DNA of 64,000 bases from Minisyncoccota bacterium. GTDB lineage: Bacteria > Patescibacteriota > Minisyncoccia > Phycocordibacterales > XYD1-FULL-46-19. Position numbers and translations under genes: made by a program. Numbering within the stretch: position 1 is the stretch's first letter; each line of letters opens with the position of its first letter. The stretch lies in the NCBI GenBank assembly GCA_040879645.1, contig JBBDJY010000013.1, forward strand, positions 30,366 to 94,365. The letters are read 5' to 3'. The notes below the pieces were generated by a model. That model saw nothing but the letters and a program-made list of their open reading frames with translations, did no database searches and was not told where the DNA came from. This document shows positions 27,330-37,346 of the stretch, in pieces.

Positions 27330-28622
27330 TTAACGATTCAGGCCGCCCAAGCGGACAATATATTCAATCACTTCTCGGTCTTGGGTAAAAATGATGGTTT
27401 GTCGATCCAAAAAAGCGTAAAGAGCGATGGTTTCTCCGGTGGTTTGATTCTCCGCCAAGCGAATATCGATATTGTTGATAATCTGATCACTGAAGGCCAT
27501 CCCCTTAAGTTGGCTATCTATACTCGGGTCGAATATTTTAAGCAGAGCGCCGACGATTTCATTTTCGTAATTAAGCAGAGCGCTAAAAGTATTTTCAAAA
27601 GATTTTGTTGTCACGATGATAAACGGCCGGGCCGTTTCACTTTGATAGGCACCAAGCATATATTCCGGCTCGAGAAAATGATGAAAGTCAGTCGGTGTAT
27701 CAAGATTCATGGCGGTTAAAACAGCCGAAGCCCCAAGAAAACTTTCTTGGCTTTCTTGACCGTCGGCGGTTACCAGCTTGCCGGTCAAATAGATATTTAA
27801 AATGGCATCACTCGGCCGGTCTTTGATTATTTCTCGATTAATAGTTCCGATGATCTGGGCCGGTGACAGGCCGGTCACTTCAAGTTTTTTATTTAGATTG
27901 GCCGGAACCAGCGGTTCATAGGCCGGAGCGGTGATGGTTGTTTGGCGCAGATAATTATTGGTGAAATAAACCAAGCCACTGCCACCGGCCAGTAAAATAC
28001 CGACGGTCATAATCCCGGCCAAGTATTTTAAAGTTTTTTTGTTATCGGGCTTTTTTGCCGGTTCGGTTTTTTTCTGCTTTAGAGCAATGTCTGTCAAAGA
28101 TAGATTTTCCGTTGATACGGTTTTGTCTATATCGGTACGCAGGGTGTGATAAGGAGAAGTTTTTACCCGGTCGCGACTGGTGATTTTTTCAATCAAGTCA
28201 TTGGAGGCTTTCAGTCGGGCCAAGTATTCTTCCTCATGTTTTTTTTTGGCTTCAATTTCCTGTTGTTTGGCGTCTTTATGCTCAGTTAACTTCAGTTTTT
28301 CTTCTGTTTCGGCTTGAGTTTTTAATTCCGCCAAGCGTTTTTCCGCCAAAGCGTGATTGCGGGCTTGATTTTCGGCCAATTCCCGCTTTCGTTTTTGTTC
28401 GGGCGTTTCCATTGCCTTGGCCGCCGCCGCTCGGGCTTTAAGTAATTCCCGATCTTGGTTTTCGTTTTTTTCCCGCTGTTTTTGACCGAGCATGGCCGCT
28501 GCCGCTTCTTCGCGACGCTTGGCTAATTCGGCCTGTTTGCGTTTTTTTTGTTGGTCATAGTCTTGGCCGGCCATGGCTTGCCTGGCCCGCGCCATTTTTT
28601 GTTTTAGGTCTTTATCCTCCAT
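27330..28622 (-). CDS. Bitopic membrane protein with a charged N-terminal coiled coil, a central TM and a C-terminal globular domain
   Basis: 430 aa. K/E/R-rich coiled coil in residues 1..200, a TM near residue 215 and a beta-rich C-terminus. Confidence 0.5.
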   Translation of the reverse strand: MEDKDLKQKMARARQAMAGQDYDQQKKRKQAELAKRREEAAAAMLGQKQREKNENQDRELLKARAAAAKAMETPEQKRKRELAENQARNHALAEKRLAELKTQAETEEKLKLTEHKDAKQQEIEAKKKHEEEYLARLKASNDLIEKITSRDRVKTSPYHTLRTDIDKTVSTENLSLTDIALKQKKTEPAKKPDNKKTLKYLAGIMTVGILLAGGSGLVYFTNNYLRQTTITAPAYEPLVPANLNKKLEVTGLSPAQIIGTINREIIKDRPSDAILNIYLTGKLVTADGQESQESFLGASAVLTAMNLDTPTDFHHFLEPEYMLGAYQSETARPFIIVTTKSFENTFSALLNYENEIVGALLKIFDPSIDSQLKGMAFSDQIINNIDIRLAENQTTGETIALYAFLDRQTIIFTQDREVIEYIVRLGGLNR

Positions 28623-28623
28623 T

Positions 28624-30054
28624 TTATCTCAGCCAAGGATAGCGTTTTTTAATTTTCTTGAGTTCGGCCGGGTCGATTTTTTGCTGATTGGTGGCTTTTT
28701 CCAAGTCGGAACGAAAAGTCCTCATTTTAGGTAAAGTTGTATCGTTCGGATTAACGGCGGCGGTTTTGGCCGGCGGCGGTTTTGGTATCGGTGACGGGCT
28801 CGTCGCCTTGGTCTCGGCTTTGGTGTTTGGTTTAGGTGTTGGTGCCGATTTTGGTGTGGCCGATGATTCGCTCGAACCATCATCGTCGTCGGTAAATTCT
28901 ACTCTGATTCGAGGGCTCACCCTGGTGGTGGCCGGTGTCTGACCAAGTGGTTGGCGGTTTTCTTTTTGATTGGCGGCCCGCTTTAATTCCAATTGTTTGC
29001 GGACTTCATTTTGCCGTTTGATTTCCATTTCCGCCCGTCGTTTTTGTTCGGCTTTTATTTTTTCCAGCCGTTCATCGTCCTCGGTTTCTTTAACTTTACT
29101 CTCTGCTTGTTTTTTAGTTTCAGCGGCCGCTTGTTTTTGTTTGGCGGCTTCGGCCTTAGCCTTAGCCTCGGCGACGGCTTTTTGTTTGGCGACCAATTCT
29201 CGGCGTTTTAATTCTTCTTCTTCCAATTGATACATCGCCTGTTTTTGCCGTTCTTCTTTTTTCTGTTTGATTTCGGCTTCCAGGGAAATTAATCTGTGGT
29301 CCAAATCAGCCAATTCATTTTCCGCTTGATCTTCTTCTTCCAGTAACTGTTGATAGGTTTTGGTATTATCTTTGATCGCTTCTTCAACTTTTCTTAATTT
29401 TCCCTCCAACTCCCATTTCTTTTTTTCAATTTCTCGTCGTTTGTCTTGAATCGCCCAGCGTTTTTTTTCCACTTCTTGTCGTTCTTCGGGGATGGGGGTG
29501 GTTCGCTCAATCGCTTCCAATTTTGATTCCTCTAATTCCACCGTTTCTTCTTCTTCCAGCATCGGCTCCAATACTTTATTGATATCCGAACGCTTACTGT
29601 CCAAGGCCACCCAATTAATCTCCAGTGATTCTTTCCCAGTTTTTAGGTCGTCTAATTTTTTCCGGATTGATTTTTTTTCCTCTTCAATCTCCCTTTCTTT
29701 TTCTTCCCGTTCTCTTTCAAAAGTTCGTTCCGGTCCTTCCATCACTCGTCGGGCTTCTTCCAATTGTTTTCTAATGTCCATTTCGGATTCATTACCGGAT
29801 TCATCTGTTGTTTTCGGCGCAGGTATTACTTCGGTTTCAGTCGCCGAGCCTTCTGCTTTTACCTCGATTTTAGTAGGGGGATTTTCCGACTCTGGCGCTT
29901 TTTTTTCGTCGGTGATTTCCGGTTTAGTCTTGTCGCTAGCGGCCGAATCAGGGTCACCACCTGCTTGTTTTGGCGAGGGGTTTACCGTTCCCTCAGCCGG
30001 GGCCGATTCTTTTTGCTCGAGGTTTTGCTCGGTTGTTTGAGTTTTTTCGTCCAT
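28624..30054 (-). CDS. Highly charged coiled-coil protein with a Pro/Thr-rich tail, hypothetical
   Basis: 476 aa, E/K-rich heptad repeats, no TM. Separated from the downstream gene by 1 nt. Confidence 0.5.
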   Translation of the reverse strand: MDEKTQTTEQNLEQKESAPAEGTVNPSPKQAGGDPDSAASDKTKPEITDEKKAPESENPPTKIEVKAEGSATETEVIPAPKTTDESGNESEMDIRKQLEEARRVMEGPERTFEREREEKEREIEEEKKSIRKKLDDLKTGKESLEINWVALDSKRSDINKVLEPMLEEEETVELEESKLEAIERTTPIPEERQEVEKKRWAIQDKRREIEKKKWELEGKLRKVEEAIKDNTKTYQQLLEEEDQAENELADLDHRLISLEAEIKQKKEERQKQAMYQLEEEELKRRELVAKQKAVAEAKAKAEAAKQKQAAAETKKQAESKVKETEDDERLEKIKAEQKRRAEMEIKRQNEVRKQLELKRAANQKENRQPLGQTPATTRVSPRIRVEFTDDDDGSSESSATPKSAPTPKPNTKAETKATSPSPIPKPPPAKTAAVNPNDTTLPKMRTFRSDLEKATNQQKIDPAELKKIKKRYPWLR

Positions 30055-30189
30055 GGGGTTTAAATAAAAAAATTACCGTCAAGTGATCGAGTCGGTCAGT
30101 CGCATGTTTATTATAAAAGTTATTAGTTTGAAGAGCAATCCAAATTAAAAATAACGCCACTTAAGTGGCGTTATTTTTTAAACTTTACT

Positions 30190-32328
30190 TTACTTATTTT
30201 TAAAAAAGTTTTCGTCGGCTCGTTTGATTGACAGACTTAACCGGCCTTTATCATCCCGTTCTTTGACATAAATCGGCACTTGATCCCCGACCTTAACAAA
30301 ATCGGCGACCTGATCAACCCGGAAAGGTGCAAATTCGGATACATGGACCAGGCCTTCGGTGTCTCGGCCAATTTTGACGAAAGCGCCGAAGTCCATTAAC
30401 CGGGTAACTTCACCGGTTAGCTTATCTCCCGATTTGTATTCTCGCACCAGGTCGGCAATAATTTCGGTTGCCCGATTAACACTTTCACCTTTGCCGGTAA
30501 GATAAACTGAACCGTCATCCTCAATACTGATCTCGGCGCCGGTTTCCAGGGTGATTTGTTGAATCATCTTGCCGCCCGGGCCAATGATGGTTCCGATTTT
30601 ATTAACCGGTATTTTCATCAGGGAAATTTGCGGGGCCGATTCCTTAAGTTTTATCCGTGGGGCAGAAATAGCTTTTTGGATGACTGAGAGAATTTCAGTT
30701 CGAGCCTGTTTGGCACCGGTTAAGGCTTCAAGCAAGATCGGCAAAGGAATACCGCCGACTTTAATATCTAACTGCAGGCCGGTAATGCCTTCACCGGTAC
30801 CGGCGACCTTCAAATCCATGTCGCCGTAATGGTCTTCCGGTCCTTGAATGTCGGTTAAGATTTTGTAATTTTCTTTTTCATCTATCATCAGCCCCATGGC
30901 GATACCGGCCACCGGCCGGCTGATCGGCACCCCGCCATCCATTAAAGCCAAACTTGAGCCACAGACTGAACCCATTGAAGATGAACCGTTGGAGGCCATA
31001 ATTTCGGACACCAAACGGATAGTGTAGGGAAAAGTTTCTCGCTTAGGCAGGACCGCCCGCAGGGATTTTTCGGCCAAAGCACCGTGGCCGATAGATCGGC
31101 GACTCATTCCGCCCAAGCGGCCGGTTTCGCCGACGGAAAATGGCGGAAAATTGTAATGATGCATAAAAAACTTTTCGCCTTGAGTTTCCATCCCCTCAAT
31201 CAATTGTGAATCTTTCGGCCCGCTTAAGGTCAGGGTGGTTAAAACGTGAGTACCACCGCGATAAAAAATACCGGTGCCGTGAACCGAATGACTAAAACCG
31301 CCGGCTTCGGCATAAAGTGGCCGAACCTCGTCTAACTTTCGCCCGTCGGCTCGCCGGGAATTTTTTATTGCTTCCTGATGCAGTAAATCATTAACTTCTT
31401 TTTCAAACAATTCAATGGCCGGTCCGACTGACTCGTCCGGATATTTTTCTTTAAACAAGGTCAACCAGTCTTGATTCAGATCCTTAATTTTTTGGCCGGT
31501 ATCGGCAAATACCGCTTGAGCCAGCCCCGGGGAAATTTTTTTGGCGAATAATTCCGGTAAATCAGCTGGTCCGGTTGGTAAGTCGATTTTAGCTTTGCTT
31601 CGGCCCTGTTCGGTAATGATTTTTTTCTGCCAAGTTTCGACCAAAGTCAATTGTTCCAGCGCTTTTCGTAAAGCTTCGGCCATTGTTTCCTCGCTTGATT
31701 CTTCAGCTTCAGCTTCAATCATATTAACCAAGTTGTCTCGGCCACAAACCAAAAGATCAAATTCCTTATCGGCTAATTGATTATAGGTCGGATTGACCAG
31801 TAGATTTTTGTCAGCTTTCTTTCGGCCGATGCGAATGGCTCCAACCGGTCCGTTCCAGGGAATGTCCGAAGTACCGAGAGCTAAAGAGGCGGCAATAATC
31901 GCGGGAATATCGGGGTCGTTTTGTTGATCAAAAGACAAAACGGTAATGATAATCTGAACTTCTCGGCGCAAGCGATGATCAAAAAGCGGTCGAATCGTTC
32001 GGTCAACCACTCGGCTGGTCAAAATCGCTTCTTCCGACGGGCGTCCCTCGCGCTTAATAAAGCGTCCGCCCAAAATTCGGCCGGCGGCATAAAATTTTTC
32101 TTCATAATCAACAGTCAAAGGAAAAAAATCCAAATCGGATTTAGTGGTTCCCGACATAACCGCGGTGGCCAAAACAATGGTGTCACCCAAACTGACCAAA
32201 ACCGAACCATTGGCTTGATCGGCCAAATCACTGAAAACGGCAACCAATTTTTCGCCGTTAATCTCCAGAACATACTCTTTTTTCTTCATATTTATATTAA
32301 CTTGATTCGGGATAGAGTCCCTCATCAT
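30190..32328 (-). CDS. pnp: Polyribonucleotide nucleotidyltransferase (PNPase)
   Basis: 712 aa with two RNase PH domains, a KH domain (IGPGGKMIQQI) and an S1 domain. Confidence 0.95.
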   Translation of the reverse strand: MMRDSIPNQVNINMKKKEYVLEINGEKLVAVFSDLADQANGSVLVSLGDTIVLATAVMSGTTKSDLDFFPLTVDYEEKFYAAGRILGGRFIKREGRPSEEAILTSRVVDRTIRPLFDHRLRREVQIIITVLSFDQQNDPDIPAIIAASLALGTSDIPWNGPVGAIRIGRKKADKNLLVNPTYNQLADKEFDLLVCGRDNLVNMIEAEAEESSEETMAEALRKALEQLTLVETWQKKIITEQGRSKAKIDLPTGPADLPELFAKKISPGLAQAVFADTGQKIKDLNQDWLTLFKEKYPDESVGPAIELFEKEVNDLLHQEAIKNSRRADGRKLDEVRPLYAEAGGFSHSVHGTGIFYRGGTHVLTTLTLSGPKDSQLIEGMETQGEKFFMHHYNFPPFSVGETGRLGGMSRRSIGHGALAEKSLRAVLPKRETFPYTIRLVSEIMASNGSSSMGSVCGSSLALMDGGVPISRPVAGIAMGLMIDEKENYKILTDIQGPEDHYGDMDLKVAGTGEGITGLQLDIKVGGIPLPILLEALTGAKQARTEILSVIQKAISAPRIKLKESAPQISLMKIPVNKIGTIIGPGGKMIQQITLETGAEISIEDDGSVYLTGKGESVNRATEIIADLVREYKSGDKLTGEVTRLMDFGAFVKIGRDTEGLVHVSEFAPFRVDQVADFVKVGDQVPIYVKERDDKGRLSLSIKRADENFFKNK

Positions 32329-32460
32329 TTTTGGCTCGGGGGACAGAATTCGCCGGAGTGGCCTATCTGTCCGTTCGCGAGCGACGCTGATAATTTACTT
32401 TAAACTTACCACAAAAATATCTGCGGTAAAGAGGGCGTTCTTAATTTTTAAATATTGTTT

Positions 32461-32583
32461 TGTCAGACTTCAGAAGTTTGACAGAAAAGTTTGACAGATA
32501 GGCTTTTTTTCAGACCGAGGTTTAACCTCGGTCCGGACCCATTGTTTTGTCAAACTTCAGAAGTTTGACAGAAGTTTGACAGG
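32461..32583. promoter_or_regulatory. Two copies of a 23-bp perfect palindrome (TGTCAAACTTC-A-GAAGTTTGACA), each followed by an extra GTTTGACAG half-site, flanking a GC hairpin; candidate operator or RNA-processing sites in the pnp leader
   Basis: Copy 1 is at about 32461..32497 with one mismatch. Copy 2 is at about 32548..32583 and is perfect. The hairpin gaccgagg-ttta-acctcggtc lies at about 32514..32534. Confidence 0.5.
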
Positions 32584-32759
32584 TTTTTTCATTTTGGTTT
32601 AACTCCCCCTTATTCAAACCGGTTGATTTGTGACCGGTGCCGGCGGCTAACTGTCTTCGGAAACTTTTCAGTTTTAGACTAAACAAAAAGCCGGTTAATC
32701 CGTCAACGGACTAACCGGCGAGCCGGAATGATAGACCGGCGGTTGGCGATAATTTGTTT

Positions 32760-33182
32760 TTAAGGAGTCCCCTTGTCAGTGTCGATGAGATTACACAGCT
32801 CATCAATGGTGAAAACCGGAAGGATATAGCCAAGATCCCGACATTTTTTCCTGATCAAATCAAGGGTTGCTTGGTACTCATCTTCCTTCTTGGTCAGAAG
32901 ACGGGCGTCACTTTTTCGGCGATGCCTCAATTGCGCCAAGTCTTGGTCGCATCGAACTTGCCGTAACCGGACGGCAGCCAATCCAAGTTTTCGCCATAAC
33001 CGCTCACTCTCGGCATCAGTGTTCTTTAAATTCCAGAACGACTGAATATCTAAAGTAAAACCGTTCACCGCTACTTCCCTTTCGTTTTTGTCCGGCGGGC
33101 AATATCTTTGTTGATGATATCGATAACACTTTTTGCCCACTCGGTTATTTCTTTCCTCTCTAATCCTACCACACGTCTCCAT
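32760..33182 (-). CDS. Hypothetical Arg-rich protein (GC-rich; may be spurious or mis-started)
   Basis: 140 aa. It overlaps the upstream ORF by about 110 nt in another frame and has no recognisable motifs. Confidence 0.25.
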   Translation of the reverse strand: METCGRIREERNNRVGKKCYRYHQQRYCPPDKNEREVAVNGFTLDIQSFWNLKNTDAESERLWRKLGLAAVRLRQVRCDQDLAQLRHRRKSDARLLTKKEDEYQATLDLIRKKCRDLGYILPVFTIDELCNLIDTDKGTP

Positions 33183-33565
33183 TGATTGTCAATTTTATGA
33201 TTTCGACAGTAGCGAGAAAAGGCATTCAGGCAAGAAATCAGCGAATCATGAGCCCGCCTGCGACTTTCGTCTTTTTCCTCCAGATTGGTTGGAGTATCTT
33301 TGGCCAGTTTTGCTTCCGACAATTTGTCGATTTTCTTAATATATGAAATGGTCGCAGCTATTACATCTTCGAGAAGTTGGTTTGCTTGTGAGTCGCCGGC
33401 CGCGGCATTCTTCATATCCAGATAAGCGTTTACTGCCCATTCTTTATTATCGGTCGGGTCTTTTTCCGTTTGACTGGTTTCTTTGGCGGGGTACTCTTTA
33501 TGCTCCGCTCCGTGTTCATTTTTGGCGAGATCGGACCAAAGTCCTTCCAAAAAAGAGTCTTTCAT
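33071..33565 (-). CDS. Hypothetical protein (GC-rich insert between rpsO and pnp)
   Basis: 164 aa, acidic N-terminal half, C-terminal RRRAHDSLISCLNAFSRYCRNH segment. No confident family. Confidence 0.4.
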   Translation of the reverse strand: MKDSFLEGLWSDLAKNEHGAEHKEYPAKETSQTEKDPTDNKEWAVNAYLDMKNAAAGDSQANQLLEDVIAATISYIKKIDKLSEAKLAKDTPTNLEEKDESRRRAHDSLISCLNAFSRYCRNHKIDNQWRRVVGLERKEITEWAKSVIDIINKDIARRTKTKGK

Positions 33566-33567
33566 AA

Positions 33568-34113
33568 TTAAGTGGTTGGCGCGGTTTTGCGCGTTGTCCG
33601 TTGGGGGCGATAATTAATTAAATATTTCTTGGGATTGGTATCCAAGTCAAAAAAATCATCAGCCGCCTCTTTGAGTTTACCGGAAGCGCTTTTGCCAAAA
33701 GAAATTATTTCCACTTGGCAACCGAGATCTTGCAGATATTCAACTAAGGGAATAAAATCGCCATCGCCGGACATAATGATAACCACGTCCAATTTATTGG
33801 CTTGTTTGATGGTATCAACAGCCAGACCGACATCCCAGTCGGCTTTTTTTGCTCCACCCAAGAAAACTTGCAAGTCTTTGGTTTTAATTTCAATCCCGAT
33901 ATTTTGCATGGCGGTAAAGAACGGTCGTTCTTCCCCGCTTTCGGTATTGACGACATAGGCTCTGGCCCTGATCAAATTTCGACTGCCGACGGCGTCTTTT
34001 AAGATGGCACCAAAATTAACTCGACAGTGATAAAGGTTCTTGGCGCTATGATAAAGGTTTTGCGTGTCAATAAAAATGCCGACACGCTGGCTTTTATGTT
34101 TAATAACAGGCAT
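33568..34113 (-). CDS. NYN-domain (LabA/DUF88-like) protein
   Basis: GIFIDTQNLYHSA ... VVIIMSGDGDFIPLVEYLQDLGCQVEII is the NYN/PIN-like signature. Confidence 0.75.
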   Translation of the reverse strand: MPVIKHKSQRVGIFIDTQNLYHSAKNLYHCRVNFGAILKDAVGSRNLIRARAYVVNTESGEERPFFTAMQNIGIEIKTKDLQVFLGGAKKADWDVGLAVDTIKQANKLDVVIIMSGDGDFIPLVEYLQDLGCQVEIISFGKSASGKLKEAADDFFDLDTNPKKYLINYRPQRTTRKTAPTT

Positions 34114-34214
34114 AAAAAAATATTAAAATGTAAAATAACCACCCTCATCCAGATTATAGCAAATCACATCAGATTTGTTTTATTTTTTCAAAATCGACAG
34201 GATGGAGTCCCCAC

Positions 34215-34487
34215 TTATGACTTGACCTCAGCGTCTTTTAGTTTTTCGGCTTTGTCGTCCGCTTTCTTTTTCTTCTCTTCAAGAAACTTCAAATGAGCCC
34301 GTCGTTTGGAAACAAGCTTAAGTAAGCCACGACGAGAGTGGTGATCTTTGGCGTTTTTCTTTAAGTGGCCGGTCAGTTCTTTGATTCTTTCCGTCAGAAT
34401 TGCTACCTGGACTTCCGAAGAGCCGGTATCAGTATCATTGATGCCGGTTTTTTTGATGATTGTTTGCTTCTTTTTGGTTGTGAGCAT
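34215..34487 (-). CDS. rpsO: 30S ribosomal protein S15
   Basis: [49 protein letters not shown] is a canonical S15 sequence. Confidence 0.9.
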   Translation of the reverse strand: MLTTKKKQTIIKKTGINDTDTGSSEVQVAILTERIKELTGHLKKNAKDHHSRRGLLKLVSKRRAHLKFLEEKKKKADDKAEKLKDAEVKS

Positions 34488-34652
34488 GGCTTGATAGTAG
34501 CATTTTTAGCCATTTCTTGCAAGGGCCGAGCTTACTTAAAGTTATTTGATTTCCTCATTAGTCAAAATACTGTTTATTTACAAGGGTTTATTCCGAAAGA
34601 CTAATTTTTTCTTTTAATTACTCTAACTATGTTATAATATTGTGCGACACAT

Positions 34653-35558
34653 ATGACCGAAATTCAAAGTCTAAAAACCAAATTTTTGGAATATCTGGAA
34701 ATTGAAAAAGGCCGGAGTTTAAAAACGGTGGAAAACTACGACCGTTATTTAAATCGGTTTTTTAATCAGGCTAAAATCAAACAAGCTGAAGATATTACCG
34801 ATGAGGCGGTGCGGGAATTCCGTTTGTGGCTTAATCGCCAACCGGGGACTTTGGGGGCCGAAACAATGAAAAAGAGCACACAAAATTATTATCTCATTGC
34901 TTTGCGCTCATTTTTGAAATATTTGGCCAAACAAAAAATTACCTCGCTTTCGCCGGAGCGGATTGAATTGGCTAAAACCCCGGGCCGGCAACTGGATTTA
35001 ATCAGTGAAGAAGAGTTAAATCGCCTACTTGAAGCCCCGGTCGGACAGACGGAAAAAGTGTTGCGGGATAAGGCGATTTTGGAGCTTTTATTCTCTACCG
35101 GTTTGCGAGTATCAGAGTTATGCAGTCTAAATATTGATACGGTTGATTTAAAACAAGATGAATTTTCCATTCGTGGTAAAGGCGAAAAAGTCAGATTAGT
35201 CTTTTTGTCGACTGAAGCCAAAACCTCATTGATAGCCTATTTACAAGCTCGCAAAGATATGGAGGAACCACTTTTTGTCGGCCAAGATCGATCCGGCCAG
35301 CCTCGGCGTTTAACTCCCCGGAGTATTGAGCGAATTGTTAAACACTATGCGATTGTCGCCGGCATTTCTCGTAAGGTTACACCCCATATTATCCGACATA
35401 GTTTTGCCACTGATCTTTTGCGAGGCGGAGCTGATATTCGTTCGGTCCAATTAATGCTTGGTCATGCCAATGTGGCGACAACTCAAGTTTATACTCATGT
35501 TACCGACCGACAATTAAAAGAAATGCACCGTCATTTTCACGGCAAGAGTCGCCACTAA
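34653..35558 (+). CDS. Tyrosine site-specific recombinase XerC/XerD
   Basis: 301 aa with an N-terminal SAM-like core-binding domain and the C-terminal catalytic residues (IRHSFATDLL...LGHANVATTQVYTHV). Confidence 0.85.
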   Translation: MTEIQSLKTKFLEYLEIEKGRSLKTVENYDRYLNRFFNQAKIKQAEDITDEAVREFRLWLNRQPGTLGAETMKKSTQNYYLIALRSFLKYLAKQKITSLSPERIELAKTPGRQLDLISEEELNRLLEAPVGQTEKVLRDKAILELLFSTGLRVSELCSLNIDTVDLKQDEFSIRGKGEKVRLVFLSTEAKTSLIAYLQARKDMEEPLFVGQDRSGQPRRLTPRSIERIVKHYAIVAGISRKVTPHIIRHSFATDLLRGGADIRSVQLMLGHANVATTQVYTHVTDRQLKEMHRHFHGKSRH

Positions 35559-35811
35559 TCTAAAGGACAAAAAGTTATCCACAGTTAAAATTTGTCCTTT
35601 ATCATGTCCGATAGTAGAATAGTAATTAGATATGATTTGGTCTTAATCGGACTTGTATTGTCAGCCAAGTCCAGCTGAAAATTAATCTCCACCTTTCAGC
35701 CCTTAGCTGAACACACTGGTCCAAGCCCGCCTACTGTCACGGCGGGCTTTTTTGTTTATGTAAAAACCCGACTGTTCGTCGGGTTTTTATCGGTTTCACG
35801 ATTAACAAAGA

Positions 35812-37290
35812 TTACCTTACTCCGTGCTTCTTTCTGATTTTAGCCAATTCCTCCGCTTCTTTCTTGTTTTTCTCTTGTTTGCCGCTCTCGCCTAGCTCTT
35901 TGAGCTCATCATTGGTTAATTTAGCTAATTCCTCGGCTTTAGCTTGGAGGTATTCGGCCTTATTCTTAGTCGGGTCGGTTAAAACTTCATCTAGTAAGGC
36001 GTGGAGAATAAAACCAATCTTGGGACCGGGTTTCACGTTTAACAGCTTAATTAGATCATTACCGTCTATTTTCAGCATTCCGACGGAAGTCGGATCTCGC
36101 AGGGCTTCATCAATCATTGACTCGTATTTTCTCAAGCGATAGGGATTTTCTTTTGGTCGGCCCATCCCGATTCGGTCGCAAGCCCGGACTTTCATTAAAT
36201 CCCAAACAGCCTCCGGTCCGACTTTACTTATTATCCGCCTAACCGCTGACAGGGTGATTTGTTCAATATCGCTGAAAAACATATGGTTTCTGACCAGTTT
36301 CACGATTAACATCGTCTCTTTGGTCGGAAATTTCAGTCTGGTTAGTATTTTTTCAGTCAAACGGGCACTGACTACCTCGTGGCCGTAAAAGGTATAATCC
36401 CCTTTCTCATTATCTCGGCGCTTGGTTTTAGGCTTACCGATATCGTGAAATAAGGCGGCTAAACGGATTACCAGAGGCCAGTTACGATTAGCGGCATGTT
36501 GCATTGCTCTTAATGAATGTTCCCAGACATCGTAAATATGGTTTTTGTTCTGTCCAACGCCGATAGCGGCACTTAATTCCGGCATTATTTGTTTCAAAAC
36601 GCCGGTTTCGGCCATTAAAAGGTAGCCGTCCTTTGGTTGGGCTGATTCGGTTATACGTGAAACCTCATTTCTTATCCGTTCGACTGAAATATCTTTTAAT
36701 AAGTGGACATTTTCCTTTATCGCTTGTTTTAGGTCTCGGTTAATCATGAAACCCAGTTCTACTGATAAGCGGATAGCTCGCAGTATCCTTAAAGGATCCT
36801 CACTTATTCTTTCAGCCGGTTGACCGACGGCCCTGATGGTTTTGTCCTTTATGTCTTTTATACCGTCATAAAGGTCAACAATAGAATTGTCCTTTTCTCT
36901 ATAGGACAAGGCATTAATGGTAAAATCTCGTCTTTTAAGATCGTCCTCAAGTTTGTCACTGAAAGTTACTTCATCAGGATGTCTTTTATCGGAATAGGTC
37001 GCTTCGGTCCTAAAAGGAGTTACCTCCACTTGACCCAATGATTCTTTATTTGTTTCTTTATTGACAATCGTTACTGTGCCGAAACGATTTTCGTAGATTG
37101 TTTTATCAAATAAAGAAATAATCTCTTCCGGTTTGGCATTGGTGGTAATATCCCAATCTTTAGGTTCCCGACCGATCATTAAATCCCGAACACAACCACC
37201 GACCAAATAAGCTAAATAACCCTTATTTTCAAGGGTTTTGGTTATTGTTGTAATTTCTGTCGGGATGTCAAATTTTGGATTCATGGACAA
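35812..37290 (-). CDS. cca: CCA tRNA nucleotidyltransferase with HD domain
   Basis: N-terminal YLVGGCVRDLMIGREPKDWDITT (polymerase-beta head) and an HD domain (HDIGKP). Confidence 0.85.
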   Translation of the reverse strand: MSMNPKFDIPTEITTITKTLENKGYLAYLVGGCVRDLMIGREPKDWDITTNAKPEEIISLFDKTIYENRFGTVTIVNKETNKESLGQVEVTPFRTEATYSDKRHPDEVTFSDKLEDDLKRRDFTINALSYREKDNSIVDLYDGIKDIKDKTIRAVGQPAERISEDPLRILRAIRLSVELGFMINRDLKQAIKENVHLLKDISVERIRNEVSRITESAQPKDGYLLMAETGVLKQIMPELSAAIGVGQNKNHIYDVWEHSLRAMQHAANRNWPLVIRLAALFHDIGKPKTKRRDNEKGDYTFYGHEVVSARLTEKILTRLKFPTKETMLIVKLVRNHMFFSDIEQITLSAVRRIISKVGPEAVWDLMKVRACDRIGMGRPKENPYRLRKYESMIDEALRDPTSVGMLKIDGNDLIKLLNVKPGPKIGFILHALLDEVLTDPTKNKAEYLQAKAEELAKLTNDELKELGESGKQEKNKKEAEELAKIRKKHGVR

Positions 37291-37346
37291 AGTGTAACTT
37301 AAATTTTGATATTTTCCCAGTTTTGTTGTATTTTAAGTAAGCAGTT

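Noticed and set aside
27170-27388. 72-aa plus-strand ORF in the dksA-like promoter region
   Set aside because: It overlaps the 3' end of the convergent 430-aa gene and a terminator hairpin, and has no motifs.
32754-32966. 70-aa plus-strand ORF next to the palindromic region
   Set aside because: It is antisense to, and overlapped by, the minus-strand ORF 32760..33182 in a region of uncertain coding status, with no support.
34653-35558. Tyrosine recombinase as the integrase of a mobile element near the tRNA cluster
   Set aside because: Size, N-terminal domain and motifs fit chromosomal XerC/XerD, and no phage or ICE genes are adjacent. Only tRNA 3'-end duplications hint at old integration events.
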